Source: Vicugna vicugna
Lineage: Eukaryota
Length of the DNA stretch: 64,000 nt
NCBI GenBank assembly: GCA_013265495.1
Contig: MU057880.1
Span: forward strand, 310,001-374,000
Direction of reading: 5' to 3'
Below are positions 13,263-26,789 of this stretch, piece by piece. The position numbers were made by a program, and so were the translations under genes. The notes under the pieces are model-generated. The model did no database searches. It was not told where the DNA came from and worked only from the letters and a program-made list of their open reading frames with translations. Position 1 is the stretch's first letter; every line of letters begins with the position of its first letter.

Positions 13263-14014
13263 AAGAACCCATTATCATGGGTCCATGAATATATGTGATT
13301 GTGTTGATCATTCTAATTCATGTTGATTAGCAATTCTGTGAAACAAAATAGTTAAGTACATTTGCTGCTGCTAAAAGCAAATTTACCAAAGAAGGGGAAA
13401 GTGGATACTCAACAAACTCTTTATATTACGCTGGGAGCTATAAATTCTGGACTGGAAAAGTGTCTAATACACAGAAAATGGGAAGAAAAGGGCCAGAATG
13501 GCCAGTAAGTGTTGAAGAGGGATCTTGAAACTACTTTGACCTGAAAAACATTTCAAAAAACGAAAGCAGTGATTTATAAACTGAAGCACAAATGTAAAAC
13601 CATATTTGGGTCATCTATTTTCCAAGATCTTTCTGACAACACTGCCATCTGGAGACTCGGTTTGACCAAGGACATGAGACTTTAAAGAAAGTTGGACACA
13701 GACACTGAAAAGGTTCCTGGTGAAGTCGTTCTTTGTCCCTGGTGATTCTTACACTGTTTGTCACTGCAGCCAACAGATGACGGAAAAATGCACAAACTGA
13801 AATTTCTTTTGTAAAATTTTAGATGTGCCGAGTTACAAAAGCGAAGATAAATCACCTCTGTAATATGCTAATGTGAAGTCTGGATCAGTTAATATGTGGT
13901 TTGTCCATTCAGAGGATATTATTTTAGGAGAATTAAGAAAATAATAATAATACATTGTAATCTTCATGAGCATGCCAATATTCATAAATATGTTCTTTTT
14001 TTTAATGTTTACGC

Positions 14015-14107
14015 TTTTTTTCTTTTTAATGGAGGTACTGGAGATTGAACCCAGGACCTCAAGCACACTAAGCATGGGCTCTACCACTGAACTATTACTC
14101 ACCCCCC
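14015..14107 (-). mobile_element. tRNA-Ala-derived camelid SINE
   Basis: T-rich tail followed by tggaggtactggagattgaacccaggacctcaagcacactaagcatgggctctaccactgaactat. Confidence 0.85.
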
Positions 14108-14743
14108 ATAAAAATATCCTTTAATTTATTGGTTTGAGATTGCAAGTAAATAGATGTGCTTCTAACCTCAAAACGAGTAGGATCGCAAGACCCGAGAAGC
14201 TAGAGACAAAGATAACTCACGTTTCCACCCTATTTCTGTCAGCTGCTCTCAGAGAACCTTAGCAGCCTCTGAATCTGCTTCCCAAGAGTCCCGTCAAAGG
14301 TGTCCAAGTGTTTGCAGAGGGTGTGATGAGCATCCCCTGGGTACCAAAAGTTCCACGTCTTCTACCATTGCTCCCACTGGGCACGATGCTACCTCCACTG
14401 AGAATAGCTCCCAAAGTTGCCTCTTCTGTGCTGGTCGGCCCTGCCATTCTTGCATGGTCTGCCAGGCATGACTACCATTTTCCAGAAGGCAGCGCTGGGT
14501 ATCCCCACCACTGACAATGTGGGCCCCCCACAATACAAAATTGGAGTGGCAGTGGGTGGCCTTCATCTTCCTCTTGTGGCTCCTTCTCCAAGACAATGTC
14601 AAAGCATGATGGCTTTTGTCCAGACCTTCCAGAAAAGTCCTTCTCCCAAGCGGTCTTCAGCCTCTTATCCAAACAGATCCTACATTCTCCAAGCTGTCTG
14701 TCATCTTTCTCACACAAGAACGTGGTTAAGAGTTTGAGGTCTG

Positions 14744-14901
14744 TGCGGCGAGGATGGGGGAGGGTAAGAGCTCAGCGGTAGAGTGCATGCTTAGCATACA
14801 CGAGGTCCTGGGTTCAATCCCCAGCACCTCCATTAAAGTAAATAAAAGCGAATTATCTCCCCCCCAAAACATACATAAATACATAAATAAAAAATTTTTA
14901 A
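14744..14901 (+). mobile_element. tRNA-Ala-derived camelid SINE
   Basis: A/B-box head agctcagcggtagag...ggttcaatccc; 16-bp TSD aagagtttg(a/g)ggtctg (14728-14743 / 14902-14917). Confidence 0.9.
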
Positions 14902-15628
14902 AAGAGTTTGGGGTCTGATCCAGGGAAAAAGTAAAGAACAGATCCCACTCATATCGGAGCTGTGGGTTATCAAAAGGCCTTCAGAGATTTAAGCAATGCT
15001 GAATTCCACGTAGAAGCAAAAAGACTGACTTTCTTGAGTTTTTCTGTGTGTTCTGGGTTTAACATAATGTGCTAAATGTCTTGTGGAGACTTTAGTTCAA
15101 ATTGCTTTTTTTTTAATGATTTAATTTCTTTTTTAAACATTTTTTAAAGCCCCTCTCGCCCATGGATGCGTTCGCTGGTTTGTGTGGCACGGCTACGGGA
15201 CACACGTTAGTTGCAGAATCCAGGTTGTTCTCTCACATTTTGTATCCCCATCTTCATCCCCGTTCATTCTTCATGAGATAGTCTATCAATCCAGCTTCTA
15301 AATTTTACTCCTTCTTTACCCAGCAGCAGAGATTTCATTTCCAAAATTCTCTTTAATCTCTTACTTGAATATCCTCCTAGCAGGTCCCCACACCAGACTT
15401 CCAAGCATCCCCCACACCCAGCTGTGTTGGGGACAATGGTCAGATTCAAGCTGGGCCCTCAGTGGACATGACAGAGCTATTACATGAGCCACAGAGTCAG
15501 CTAAAACATAGAGGTGCAGCCCATCACATGCAGAGAAATATTTGAAGATTGCAGATTCTGGGTACTTTTGGGCTTTCTGAGGATTATAAAGTCTTGTTGC
15601 TTTAAAATGACCAAAAATGACCAATTTA

Positions 15629-16135
15629 AAATGACTGGATAAAGAAGATGTGGTACATATATACAGTGGAATACTACTCAGCCATAAAAAGAATGAAATC
15701 ATGCCATTTGCAGCAACACGGATGGACCTAGAGATTATCATACTAATTGAAGTAAGTCAGACAGAGAAAGACAAATATCATATGATATCACTTATATGTG
15801 GAATCTAAAAAAGTGATATAAATTATATTTACAAACCAAAAACAGATTCACAGACATAGAAAACAAATTATGATTACCCAAGGGGAAAGGGCAGGGAGGG
15901 ACAAATTAGGGGTTGGGGATTAACAGAGACACACTACTGTATATAAAAGAGATAAACAACAAGGACCTACTGTACAGCACAGGGAACTATGTTCAGTATC
16001 TTGTAATAATGTATCATGGAAAAGAATCTGAAAAGAAAATACACTTATATGTGTATGTGTATGTATAACTGAATCACTTTGCTGTGCACCTGAAATTAAC
16101 CTTGTAAATCAATTACACTTCAATAAAAAAAATTC
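15629..16135 (+). mobile_element. L1 3' end (ORF2 C-terminus, 3'UTR, poly(A))
   Basis: aatgactggataaagaagatgtgg ... aattacacttcaataaaaaaaa; flanking aatgacca repeat. Confidence 0.92.
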
Positions 16136-17559
16136 TAATGACCATTAAATCTATGGGGGTTTTATCATACCAAATCTGACCAAGTTTTTATAGCCTATCA
16201 AAGAGAGAGAATGAGGAAAAGCAGAGTCGGCAGGAGGCTACAGCTGGGACACAGGGACCCCGTTTTCACCGAGCCACTAAGAAGTTCTGCACTTGAGCAA
16301 GGCTGTTACACTCCCTGGCCCTCATTTATTACATGGAAGGGCTGGGCTGAGTGATGATCAAAGACCTTTTCAGTTATAACGATTTATTTCGGTCATAAAA
16401 TGTGATTCCCTATAGAGACCCTTGAAGAGGGGGGCTGCTCCTTGGCTGGTAAGATGATTGTACCCAGCGGGAGACCTGGGCAAAAGGCAAAGAGGTTTTC
16501 AGAGCTGACAGTACAAAGTGGGAGGCTGCCAGCCAGCGGGAAGGAGACCGAATGCCATCTCAGTGCAAAATCTATCTCGACAACATGAAAACCAGCACGC
16601 TGTCCGAACGACGGTATTTCACTCTGTATAATCAATGTAAAGCAGATGAAACCCCTCTCTCAGAACTCTCAAAGGCCAAGTACATGTTAGAATTGGCTTC
16701 GTAGATAACCTTACAAGTATGTGCTTTGAGATTAAAGTGCAGTTCACAGGGATTCCAGCTAATTTTAAGAAAGGATGAATCTGACTCCATGTAGTTTCCT
16801 ATCTGGTTTAGAACATCTTTTTTTTTTTTTAAATGTTATCTCTTAGGCAATGGATTTTTCCCTTAATCCCAGTGAATGTCAACCTTGTCAGCTACTACCA
16901 AAGAGAACCCTACCCAGCTGTTTCTGTGTAGGAAACTCACAATTTAAGTGCAGAGAATCAACACTTAAAAGGCAGTGGTAATACCCTGGGGGTTTGGCAG
17001 AGGAAAAAGTAAATTCCTTGGATCTTGTGCAGGGGAAAGATTCGCACACGGGGCATGCATATATACAAGCACGCACGCACACACCACCCGCTTCCCAACA
17101 TTTTCAGGCTTCCTGATGGAAGTTTTGCTTTTCTTCAAGGAATTCAGAGATTTCTACAGCCTAAGCCAGGATTATTTGAACCAGAAGAAAGCCAAATTAG
17201 TCAAAGAGCCAGTAGGGCTAATAATTAGCTGTGTACAGGATTGTAAACCCGAAAAAGGCACAGTAAGAGATGTGTTTGGGTTTATAGTAACACAGGTAAT
17301 AGCCATCAAACCTGGGAAGACCAGACACGATGATCATTTATGTGGCGAGGCTTGTCCTTACTATTCAGAACTCTTCACGGTCCAGGAAAGAAAATTGGGA
17401 TTCAAATGTGAATTTCATGTTTTGTGGCACCTTATTAAAATTATAATGAAAAATTCAATTCCTCCGCTTGAAGCTTCAGCGTATAATGAATTGCATAAAA
17501 GGACCGAAAAGTACAGGGGAGAAGAAGCGCAGTCCTGCGCGATAAAGTAAGAAGATTAT

Positions 17560-17715
17560 CAGGCTTGGAGTCAGAAGACCTGGATTCTGTTCCCAGCTCT
17601 GCTGCTAACTGGCTGACTGATCTGGGGCAAATCGTTTCATTTCTCTGAGCCTCAGTTTTCCCATTTGTAAAACGTGAGGACTAGTTTAGATGAACACAAT
17701 TCTATGATCACCAGT
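17560..17715 (+). mobile_element. MIR SINE
   Basis: ttggagtcagaagacctggattctgttcccagctctgc ... tctctgagcctcagttttcccatttgtaaaa. Confidence 0.8.
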
Positions 17716-19007
17716 GTCAGATCCTGTAGCATTTTCTCTGTCAAGAGAGCCTCTAAGAAAATCATCATACTCTCGCATAATAGAAAAGAGCATTTCATTA
17801 AATCCATCACCTCCCGTGGGGTCTGAGGCAGACAGAGGAGCCCAAACATTTGGTATATGGATGCATCCAGTCGATCATAATTTATCTGCAGAATATCCCT
17901 TTTCTGACATTTAAGAAAGGTCAAAATTCTCAAGAGCTTAATAGGAATGTTAATGTCTTTTACAACGGTATGGCCATTTGGTTATGTTGAATCATTCAAA
18001 GGTCCTTGGGACCGTGAAAAATGAATGACAGTGACCTTGAACATCTGCTTGACTCTCGTCCAGAGAGTCAGGGTAAGAGAAAGGAAGAATCCAGTGACTC
18101 TTTTAAGAAATGACATAGTGGCTGTTAGTAATATATGCAGTGCTCTTTTCGTATCTTTTCTACCTCTAGATGTATGTCCTGAGATGCAATTTTATTACAT
18201 TGAAAGATTTCCGTGCAACGTTTCAGTAGTTTTCTACCCAGGTGGTAAGATGCTCTATAATTACAGCAAATGTAGGCTGGCGTGACACCTGCCCGGAGTG
18301 TTACAAGTGGAAAAGCCAAGAGAGGCAATTAGACATTTGACTGCACAGAGGGAGCTGCATTAGTGCACACACATTTTTACTTTTAAGGTCTTTTTGAATT
18401 CTCGGTTTGAGCAAAATGGTTGGTTAGCCTCTTTTGCCAGATTCTCGCCCTTTCACTCAGGTCTGCCGTGATCCTCCTCCATGTGAGAAACAGAATGAGA
18501 CATCACGTGTTACGGCGATGCTTAACTCACAGAATAAATTAGGCAAATTTGTTTCAGTAAATGTGTATGTTAAAGCTTTACTTTATCTAGTGTTGAATGT
18601 TTTATTTGATAGCACAAGAGAATTTTACCATGTCATTTTACACTTTCCATAGTCCCAATGTGACAGAAGGCCACCAGTATTTAGAGAAACTTAAACCCTA
18701 CTTTTTCACTCCTGACCTCATCCCCAATCTCACTTTATAAAAAGTTATTCGAATCCAATTGATAGTATATTCCATCTCGTCTCTGAGAAAAAAATCACTG
18801 GAGCAACCAATTAGTCACCTGATGTAGATAAATATAAGTGAATTTCAACATTGTCGCTATTGAAATACTAAGAATGACAGGATTTTTACTGCTCACTTCT
18901 GCAAACCTCCTACAGAACATCAAAAAAAAAATTTAATGTTTCAAAACATTTTTATAAGGAACAGCCCTGAGGGGAGGTGGGGAGACAGTAGAATGAAATA
19001 GCAGATT

Positions 19008-19360
19008 TTCTTATTTCCAACTTTACTGAGGAATAATTGACAAATATAATTGCCTATGTTTAAGGTGTACAAGGCGAAGACTTGATATACACTGTGGAAT
19101 GATTACCAAGGTCAAGATACTTAACACATCCATTACCTCACATAGTTAATTAACTCTTTTGTGTGTCTGGAGAGAACGCTTAAGATCTACTCTCAGACAC
19201 GGTTGAGTATACAGCACATTACTATTAACCTTCATCAGCATGTTGTACAGTAGATCCTTGGAGCTTAATTCTTATAACTGTAAGTTTGTACTCTTTGACC
19301 TGTATCTCCCCACCCCGCAGTCCCTGCCTGGCAACCACTGTTCTGTTCTCTGTGAATCTG
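19008..19360 (-). mobile_element. L1MA-like 3' end
   Basis: ctttactgaggaataattgacaaat ... aacacatccattacctcacatagtta ... cctggcaaccactgttct. Confidence 0.8.
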
Positions 19361-19659
19361 ATGTTCCTCCCTGTGGATGAAAGTTATGTCATGTTCCTGC
19401 AGCCTGCAGGCAATTGATGCAGCTCTGAGCGTATCAGGAGGGGCGGATACACTATGTGCAAGAGGGCACCCCATGCAGCTAGGTTTCAGAGCAGCAGAGT
19501 CACAGGGCTTTACCAGGGGCCCACAACCTGGGAATTATTTTCTAATCCAAGTGTGCACAATACTAACACCTGGATAAAGGTTTTTTAAAAATGATTTACT
19601 CAAAAACAAAAATTAAAAGGATGATCCACTCCATCAATCTTAAAAGCTCCAGGTGTTTT

Positions 19660-19776
19660 TGGGGGGTTTTTTTGTTTTTCTTTTTCTTTATTTTTTCAGT
19701 GGGGGCACTGGGGATTGAACCCAGGACCTCGTGCATGCTAAGCATATGCTCTACCACTGAGCTATTCCCACCCCAC
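19660..19776 (-). mobile_element. tRNA-Ala-derived camelid SINE
   Basis: T-rich tail followed by gcactggggattgaacccaggacctcgtgcatgctaagcatatgctctaccactgagctat. Confidence 0.88.
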
Positions 19777-21304
19777 CACAGATGTATTTTTTAAATGGAA
19801 AAATATCAGGATTTTTAATTCATCCCAATATTTGCTGTAATGTGGTTTTACAGTGTAAATATTCATAGCTATGAAATGACAGGGACGCTGCAATGACACA
19901 TCTTACAAAACATTCTAAACTCCTGGGATGCAACGTACTGTGGAATGGCGCATATCAGGAAGAGTCAATGGTCAAAAGATCTATTTCCTTATTAAATGGT
20001 TCTCATCTTAATATTAGAAACATTTAGTTTTTGCATCAAACACCGAAATTATTTTATAATAGCTAGTTATTTTATTTGGAATATAGGTCTACCTTCAAAA
20101 GCCATGCATCTTGGAAAGGAGGAAGGTATTTAGAGGAAGGCAACCCAGAGTGATGAAGTATGGAATTAAAAAAAAAAATTTGAACCCAGATGTGTTTATT
20201 TATTTATTTTTTTTTTGGCCAAAAGTCTCTTCACAAGTTTTCCTGTATTTTTACTTTCTCTCCAAACATGATATTAAATTCGGTAAAAAGGCACAGAATA
20301 AATGATCCCCATGTCTCCTACAAACCTGACTATTACCCAGTTTTATTAACCCACATTCTTTGCTTGAGCTTTGGGGAGAAAAGCGATTCAACAAAGTTCA
20401 TGGATGACCTTTGAGTTCAGAACTATTGGGAGAAAACAAAGCCTGCCCCTTATCTTAGGAAGTCTGACCTGTAAAACTTCCACTGTGATATGTGTCCCCA
20501 AGGGGGGACAGAGACAATCCCAGAGGCCCGTCCCATCCCGCCAACCAGTATCAACAAGACACGTTGACCTTTTCAGCACAGCATTACGCAAATTTTCTTC
20601 ACAGCTGTCAACAACCCTGTCCTGCAACTCTGACAGTTTTTAAGGAACCTATTTTTCTCGCCTTGCCAAATCGAATTGTGAGTGAAATTGCATTGAAGTT
20701 GGATATGTTCTTGTTACCCTCGTGTCAGTTAAAGTCTATGTAATTCATATATTGTTCATGAAAGTTTACTGAAACATTTGGCGGAAGAAAATGTTTTCCA
20801 ATTTTAGGACTTTGGAACTATTTCATTTTTAACAAAACAAGGAGTGTGAAGAGTGTTTTTCCCCTTCCACAAGTCCCTCCAATGTCCTAGGGATAAAAGC
20901 TAAATGTGTAGAAATTAGTTGTTTGCTTCTTGAAGTCGCTTTACTAATCCAAATTATCTCAGCAGATAAGTCACTGTGCTGTTGGCTGAATATATAAGAA
21001 AGCTAAATTAATTTCTGCACATCATCAAGTGTAAGTTGCTGCCCAGAGGCAGTAAGATAGTAATTAGTGTTCTAATGATTGGAAAGAGCTAGAAAGTCAG
21101 AGGGAATCAAATACTGGTTGTGTTCCTCCTCTGGAGGCTGTAAAGTCACAACAAGGAGATTCCCGCTGACAAGAAGCACACTCCTGTTGGGGAGATGATT
21201 GTGTGGACAGAAGTTATATTGTAACACAGGAAAAGTGAAATATGGCGTAAAATGATAGTTAATATCGATTGGCTGAAACATCAAACAGTGGTACAAAAGT
21301 TCGA

Positions 21305-21490
21305 CATGTATTAACTCATTCGATATTCAAAACTCAATGAGAATGTACTGTTATCGGCGCCATTTTACAGATGAGAAAATGATGAGACAAGAGAAAGATT
21401 AAATAACTTGCCAAAAATCACAGACAGCAAGGATCCAAGAAAGAATTTGAGCCAGCTTGTTGGATGCTAAAATCTTACTCTTTACCACTG
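21305..21490 (-). mobile_element. MIR SINE
   Basis: tattaactcatt ... ccattttacagatgagaaaa ... ttaaataacttgccaaaaatcacag. Confidence 0.75.
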
Positions 21491-21544
21491 TGATCATTGG
21501 TGCTCGCTAGCGCTGTTGAACAAATGTTGAAGTTGGAAAGGGGT

Positions 21545-21816
21545 GGCCACCCGCTTATTTTGGCCAATGACAAACGAGCAACAGTGATGTGTCATTTCCA
21601 TCGGAGACTTTAGGAGCCAGGATGCAATTTACCCCTGAGGGGATCACTGGCATATATACCTAGTAAAGCTTCCACTGTCAGGGCGCCTGAGCAGTTACCA
21701 TGAGCAGAAACCTCCTGTGAACCAACACTGGATGTGTCGCATAGGTGACAATTAAAGACTAATTATGTCACACCTATTGAGACTTGGGAATTATTCATTA
21801 CTACCATCCTGATACA
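21545..21816 (+). mobile_element. MLT1 (MaLR) LTR fragment
   Basis: ttttggccaatga...gtgatgtgtcatttcc ... cctattgagacttgggaattatt ... cctgataca. Confidence 0.55.
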
Positions 21817-21829
21817 GACATACCACCTA

Positions 21830-22350
21830 TGCTACCGAGTCCAAACTCATCCCGCTCGCCACATGACAGGCCAATAAGCCGGGAGAGGGGGTGTTAGGGC
21901 AAGGAATAGCGAACAACTTGATTCGGAAAGTCAGCAGACTGAGAAGATGGCAGACTCATGTCCTGGGGAACCATCTTCCCCAAGTCAGAATTCATAATCC
22001 ATTTATAATAAAAGGGAGAGGGTGTGCTTGGTTGTTGCAAACTTCTTGGTGTTGGAATCCTTTGTTCTTGCAGCTGTCCACGTGGGTCAGAACATAATGT
22101 CCCTGCAAACCTCCAACAAGACAAATGTGGATTTCTGTTCTGCAACGTTTTATCTCTATATGAATGGAAAAGTGTTAATCCTTAAAAGTCAGAGCCTTGA
22201 GAATGGGCTCTCCTGTCTATTTCAGGCTCTAGGCAACATTCTCTTACAAAAGGTGCAGAACCAGCATGACTGAGCCCAGGAAACAGAGCCCAGGGTTAGA
22301 GTCAAAGGAACAGGTCTAATGTGGAGTCAGATTTATTCTTCCCTATTACA
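21830..22350 (-). mobile_element. Solo LTR, family A copy 2 (521 bp)
   Basis: TG...CA termini; 4-bp TSD ccta (21826-21829 / 22351-22354); colinear with 12030-12544. Confidence 0.92.
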
Positions 22351-24434
22351 CCTATTCAATGATGAGGTTCATTCAGGCTCACTTAATGACATACCCAGGT
22401 GAAAGCAGGACACAGAAAGAGAAAAAAGTTTAAGCAAAGGCCCTAAAGCTAGAAAGCACGAAGCTTCTAAGAACTGCAAATGGTTGCGAGAACTGAAGAT
22501 TTTTACATTAGGATAAAGCCATAACATGCACATAAAATTTGATTTGCTTAAGAACTGACTTTTTTCAACAATCCCTTTTTTAAAGTCATGGTAAATAAAG
22601 AGTTCTAAATTACTTATTAGCTTATATACTTAGGGATGTCAACAAATCCTTAATTTCATTAAGACAAGTGTTAGGGGCTTAATCTTGTTTCATTGTTGTC
22701 ACAGAATCAAGACAAAATTTTCGAAGAGACTGATTTTAAGCGGTCACTCAGGTTGTTAGTGGCAGACGGTCAGCTAGCAAGATCTCCTGATTCCCAGCAT
22801 TTCTTGCTCCTTTCTCATTCCATTTTTCATTTTTACTTTAAATTTGTAGGTGAGCAGGAATGATCTGGTAACATCTTTTTGTTCTCCTTTTTCAGTTTTA
22901 TTAGGTAGAATTATTACAGTGCAACTGCACATAACACATTATATTGCATGTAAATACATATATACAGTATGTGCACATTTTTTTAGAGTAACATCTTATT
23001 TTAAGGACAGATTCACAATTTGTTAAAATGTTCACTGGTGATATAAATACAAATGAGCTCAATTTCTCAATACCCCCTCACCAGCAGGCTTAGCGTTCCG
23101 AGCTGCAGAACAATGCCTATTGTTTAATAGGCTTTCATAATTATTTGTCATTTTCTGTGACAGGTAAAGGCATTGTGAATATTGCATTAATTATTTCTAA
23201 ATTTTAGTTATGTATTATAACCTTTGATGAAGACATTTTTGTCTGATTAAGGATGAATATTGACAACTTATTTTTTCATATATGGAGATCAACATTCCTT
23301 TCTCAGCTGATAGAAATTATCTCTGAATTATTTAGAAAACTTTGCCAGGTAAACCACCTTTGCTAAACAAACATTGCTTTGAAATGGGCTCACCTTTGGC
23401 AAATTGTTTTGGGAAGATGTGATAGACATGCGTGTTTACACCAAAAGGGCAGGTGTAGTGTAAGGGCAATGAAAGGCTGATCTGCTTTTTCAGCACTGAA
23501 CTTAGAGGCAGAAAGTTTTGTTGAAATTGAAACTCAGGTCAGAATCTGAACCTCTGTCTGTCTCTCTTAAGTGCAAATTCAGCTCTGTAATTGCCTCTAC
23601 TCTGCTATTGCCTTCCTGGAGAACTGGAAAATTGATGAGATATTGATGGAAGTTCTGTAAGATGGAAAAAAAAAAAGAGAGACAACAAAATAAATACACA
23701 AAATATAAAATAACGTTTCTATGAATATAGAAATTCTTTCTTTCACCCTGGGTTTCTTGAGAGTTATCACTCACCCTCTTAGATAATGAAAAGCTGTTAG
23801 GTAGGATCCTTACACTTTCTCTGTATGTTGCCTTCAGTATTATTTGTCTCCCTTCCTTTACATCCCGCCCCAGACACATACACACTATACGCTACTTTTT
23901 GCATTTTTGCACTTCACCAAACACTTTTCTTCAACCACATTTCCTTTATAGAAGTGTCTTCAAACAATCTCTAATTCTATCCATCTGGTCATGCAATGTG
24001 TCTAAAACCCATACTGTTCATTTTTCATCCCTTGGGCAGATCCTCTTCAATTTCAGCTAATTTTTTCTCCTCAGTCAGCATTTCTCCTCACCCATGCATG
24101 AACGCTGTGCAGGGACAGAAGCTGTGACTGTAGTCTGCACAGAGCAGCCTTCAGTTCTTTCACAGGAGTGGGTTTGATAGAAGGAAACTTAAAACGATGT
24201 TCCTGTCTTTTAGCGTCTAATGCTAAATGATCCATTTCCAGTCATCCTACTTTCTGACCCAGTTTCTAAAAGCACATTCTCGTGAAAAACAAAGAAAGTT
24301 TATAAATAATGTGCTTCATTTCCTTGCCTCTTAGCAGAGAGAAGGAACGATTGAATGAAACTTCTTCAATTCTAAGAGAAGACTAAGCCAAGTATCCCTG
24401 CCCATAAATTCTAATGTTTGAAGGTTGTTCAGTG

Positions 24435-24937
24435 AAAGACTCTGCCTCCTCTGAGGTCCTTCCTCATCTCTTCTGTGTCCTTCTCTGCCCTGCTCCTTCT
24501 TCATGGGATTGACCAATATAAGGCTACATCACACTGGACAGCTAGCTCTTGCTACATGACTTCTGATTGGGCTCAACCAATGGGATTTATTGTCAAAAGA
24601 TTGGAGGGCAGGGAAAAAAAGAGGTTGAAGTATTTTGTCCCCATACCTACCCACTCTGGGCCACTTTTACATCAGTGGCTGCATCCTTTCATGGGCTCAG
24701 CTACTATGATTCCTCTTCTTAGTTCCAGCTTTCACTGGACTCTATTAATGTTATTTCCTCTCCTTGCCCATTCAGGACTAAAAATGCTAACTACTCCTTA
24801 CTGTTACTAATGTCTTGATATGGTAACACTCCTTAGTAATAAGTTCCCTCAAGTTTCTACACTCAGATACACACTCTCTTCATGAAAACATCTTGCATCA
24901 CTTCAATTTCATTTCCCACCGGGAGATAGCTGATATA
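24435..24937 (+). mobile_element. LTR33-like ERVL LTR
   Basis: ctctgccctgct ... gacttctgattgggctcaaccaatggga ... ttggagggcaggga ... taataagttccctc ... ctgatata. Confidence 0.55.
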
Positions 24938-25037
24938 ATCGGCTTACTTGATTGTTGTGTAAATTACAAGTGTTATTCCAGTGGAAGCTACTGCCAGACA
25001 ATCATCTTAAAGGGGTAAAGCTAAAGCCACCTGTCTT

Positions 25038-25590
25038 TCAAAGAGATGTTTGTACACCCATGTTCATGGTAGCCCTATTCACAATAGTTAAAATGTGGAA
25101 ATAACCAAAGTGTCCATCAACAGATGAATGGATAAACAAATTTGCTGTATATACACAATGGAATATCATTCAGCCTTAAAAAAGGAAGGGAACTCTGACA
25201 TCTGCTACAATATGGGTGAAGCTTGAGACTATTATCTCATTAAGTGAAATAAACCAAGCAAAAAAGATAAATACCGTATGATTCTACTAATATGAAGTTC
25301 ATAGGGTAGTCAAAATCACAAAGACAGAAAGTACCATACTGATTTCCAAGGGCTGGGGGAGAGAGAATAGGAAGTAAAACAACAGCCTGATGTGTGAAGA
25401 GTTTCAGTTTTGCAAGATGAGAAGAGTTCTGAAGGTGGATGGTGGTGATGATTGCACAAAAATATGAATGTACTTAATGCCACTGAATTGGACATATAAA
25501 AATGGTTAAGATGTGCATTTAAAAGTGGTTAACATAACAGAAATATTGTGTTATATGTATTTTAGCACAATAAAGAAATTGAAAAAAAAT
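25038..25590 (+). mobile_element. L1MA/MB-like 3' end
   Basis: tttgtacacccatgttcat ... aatggaatatcattcagccttaaaaaaggaagg ... gtacttaatgccactgaa ... cacaataaa. Confidence 0.88.
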
Positions 25591-26789
25591 AGTAAAACTT
25601 GATGCAATATGTGAGGAGTAAATAATCCATGTAAAGCACTCAGCCCAGGCCTGAGAAATAGTACGTGTTCCTGGCTATGACTGTTTTGCTGTCCTTGATG
25701 CATTTATTCTGTTTCAGCTTTAACATCCTTATGGTAACAAATGATAGTTTTAGTCGCGGTGCTGTTTCCTTTTTACACTGAAGAAAGCTGTATGTGCAAG
25801 GTTTTGCTTTACAGAGCATTCATTCATTCAAAGATGCTGTTTTCTGTGACCACTGGTCTAGAGGGTGCTGTTGGAAGCATTAAAGAAGGTGCCTCTAAAT
25901 GAGAACGTATAAGGAAGTTTCCATGGAGGAGGTGGTGTGTCAGCTGGGTTCTGGTAGACCAGTAGGAGCCAGAAGAAGTTCCATGAAAAGGTAGGAAAGA
26001 TAGACAGAGATAGTTAGAACATGCAGACAGCCAGGGACCTAGAATTATGGAGTGTGGTTAATAAGGAATTTCCTTTTACTTTCCTATGGTGCTTTGTTTA
26101 GAGTTTCATCTCTATGGATTTAAAATAAAATAAAAATAATACTTATGAAGTATTCATGTAAAGATCCGTACACCCCAAAGATAAATATGTAGGTAAATGG
26201 ATTTCTTAAAGCACAACAGATGTTGATAAAAATATTTGCCATTCTTTTGACTGACTAGCATCTAAACTTATCTCCTGTGTGGAGGAATCTTCAATCTTTT
26301 GAGTATCAGAAGACTCAGCATTCCATCCTAGAAGCTTAAGATTTTCAAGTCCTCAACCTCCCTTGTAAATAAGTCAATGTGGTCCAGGCTTTGCCAAAGA
26401 GACTCAGTATCTTAAACTTGAATAGGGAGCTGGAGACATGAGGAATTAGGAGATAAAGGAACAAATTATGACCTGGAAAGCAGCCAGAACAAGATCAAGA
26501 TCCTGGACAGGAAGAAAAAAACTACTCAAATGGAAACACATGATACCTTTCATGAAAAAGGAAGGACGACTAAGAGGTGGAGCTAAAAGCCCAGAGAGAA
26601 GAGCCAAAAGTCCTTGAAAATTAATTAATCTTTGAACATTTTCCAAGCTATATTTCAGAAGTTCTATCAAGCAATGACTCCTTAGTGCATTCCATTCCCT
26701 TTTTTTTTAACAGTAATGTTTATAATAAAGAGTTTGTGTCTGCCCCACCTTTGTTCACTGGATGTGGACGTCAGCGTGGTGTGGCAGCA

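Noticed and set aside
14130..14720. GC-balanced block with overlapping ORFs (processed pseudogene or old LTR?)
   Set aside because: No recognisable protein in any frame, and I could not assign termini or a family.
14755..14835. tRNA-Ala(AGC) gene (also at the five other similar loci)
   Set aside because: Each copy has substitutions in the stems and an A-rich tail, and most have TSDs; these are SINEs, not functional tRNA genes.
16975..17550. 191-aa ORF, the longest in the window
   Set aside because: Non-ATG start, no recognisable domain, no convincing splice context; consistent with chance.
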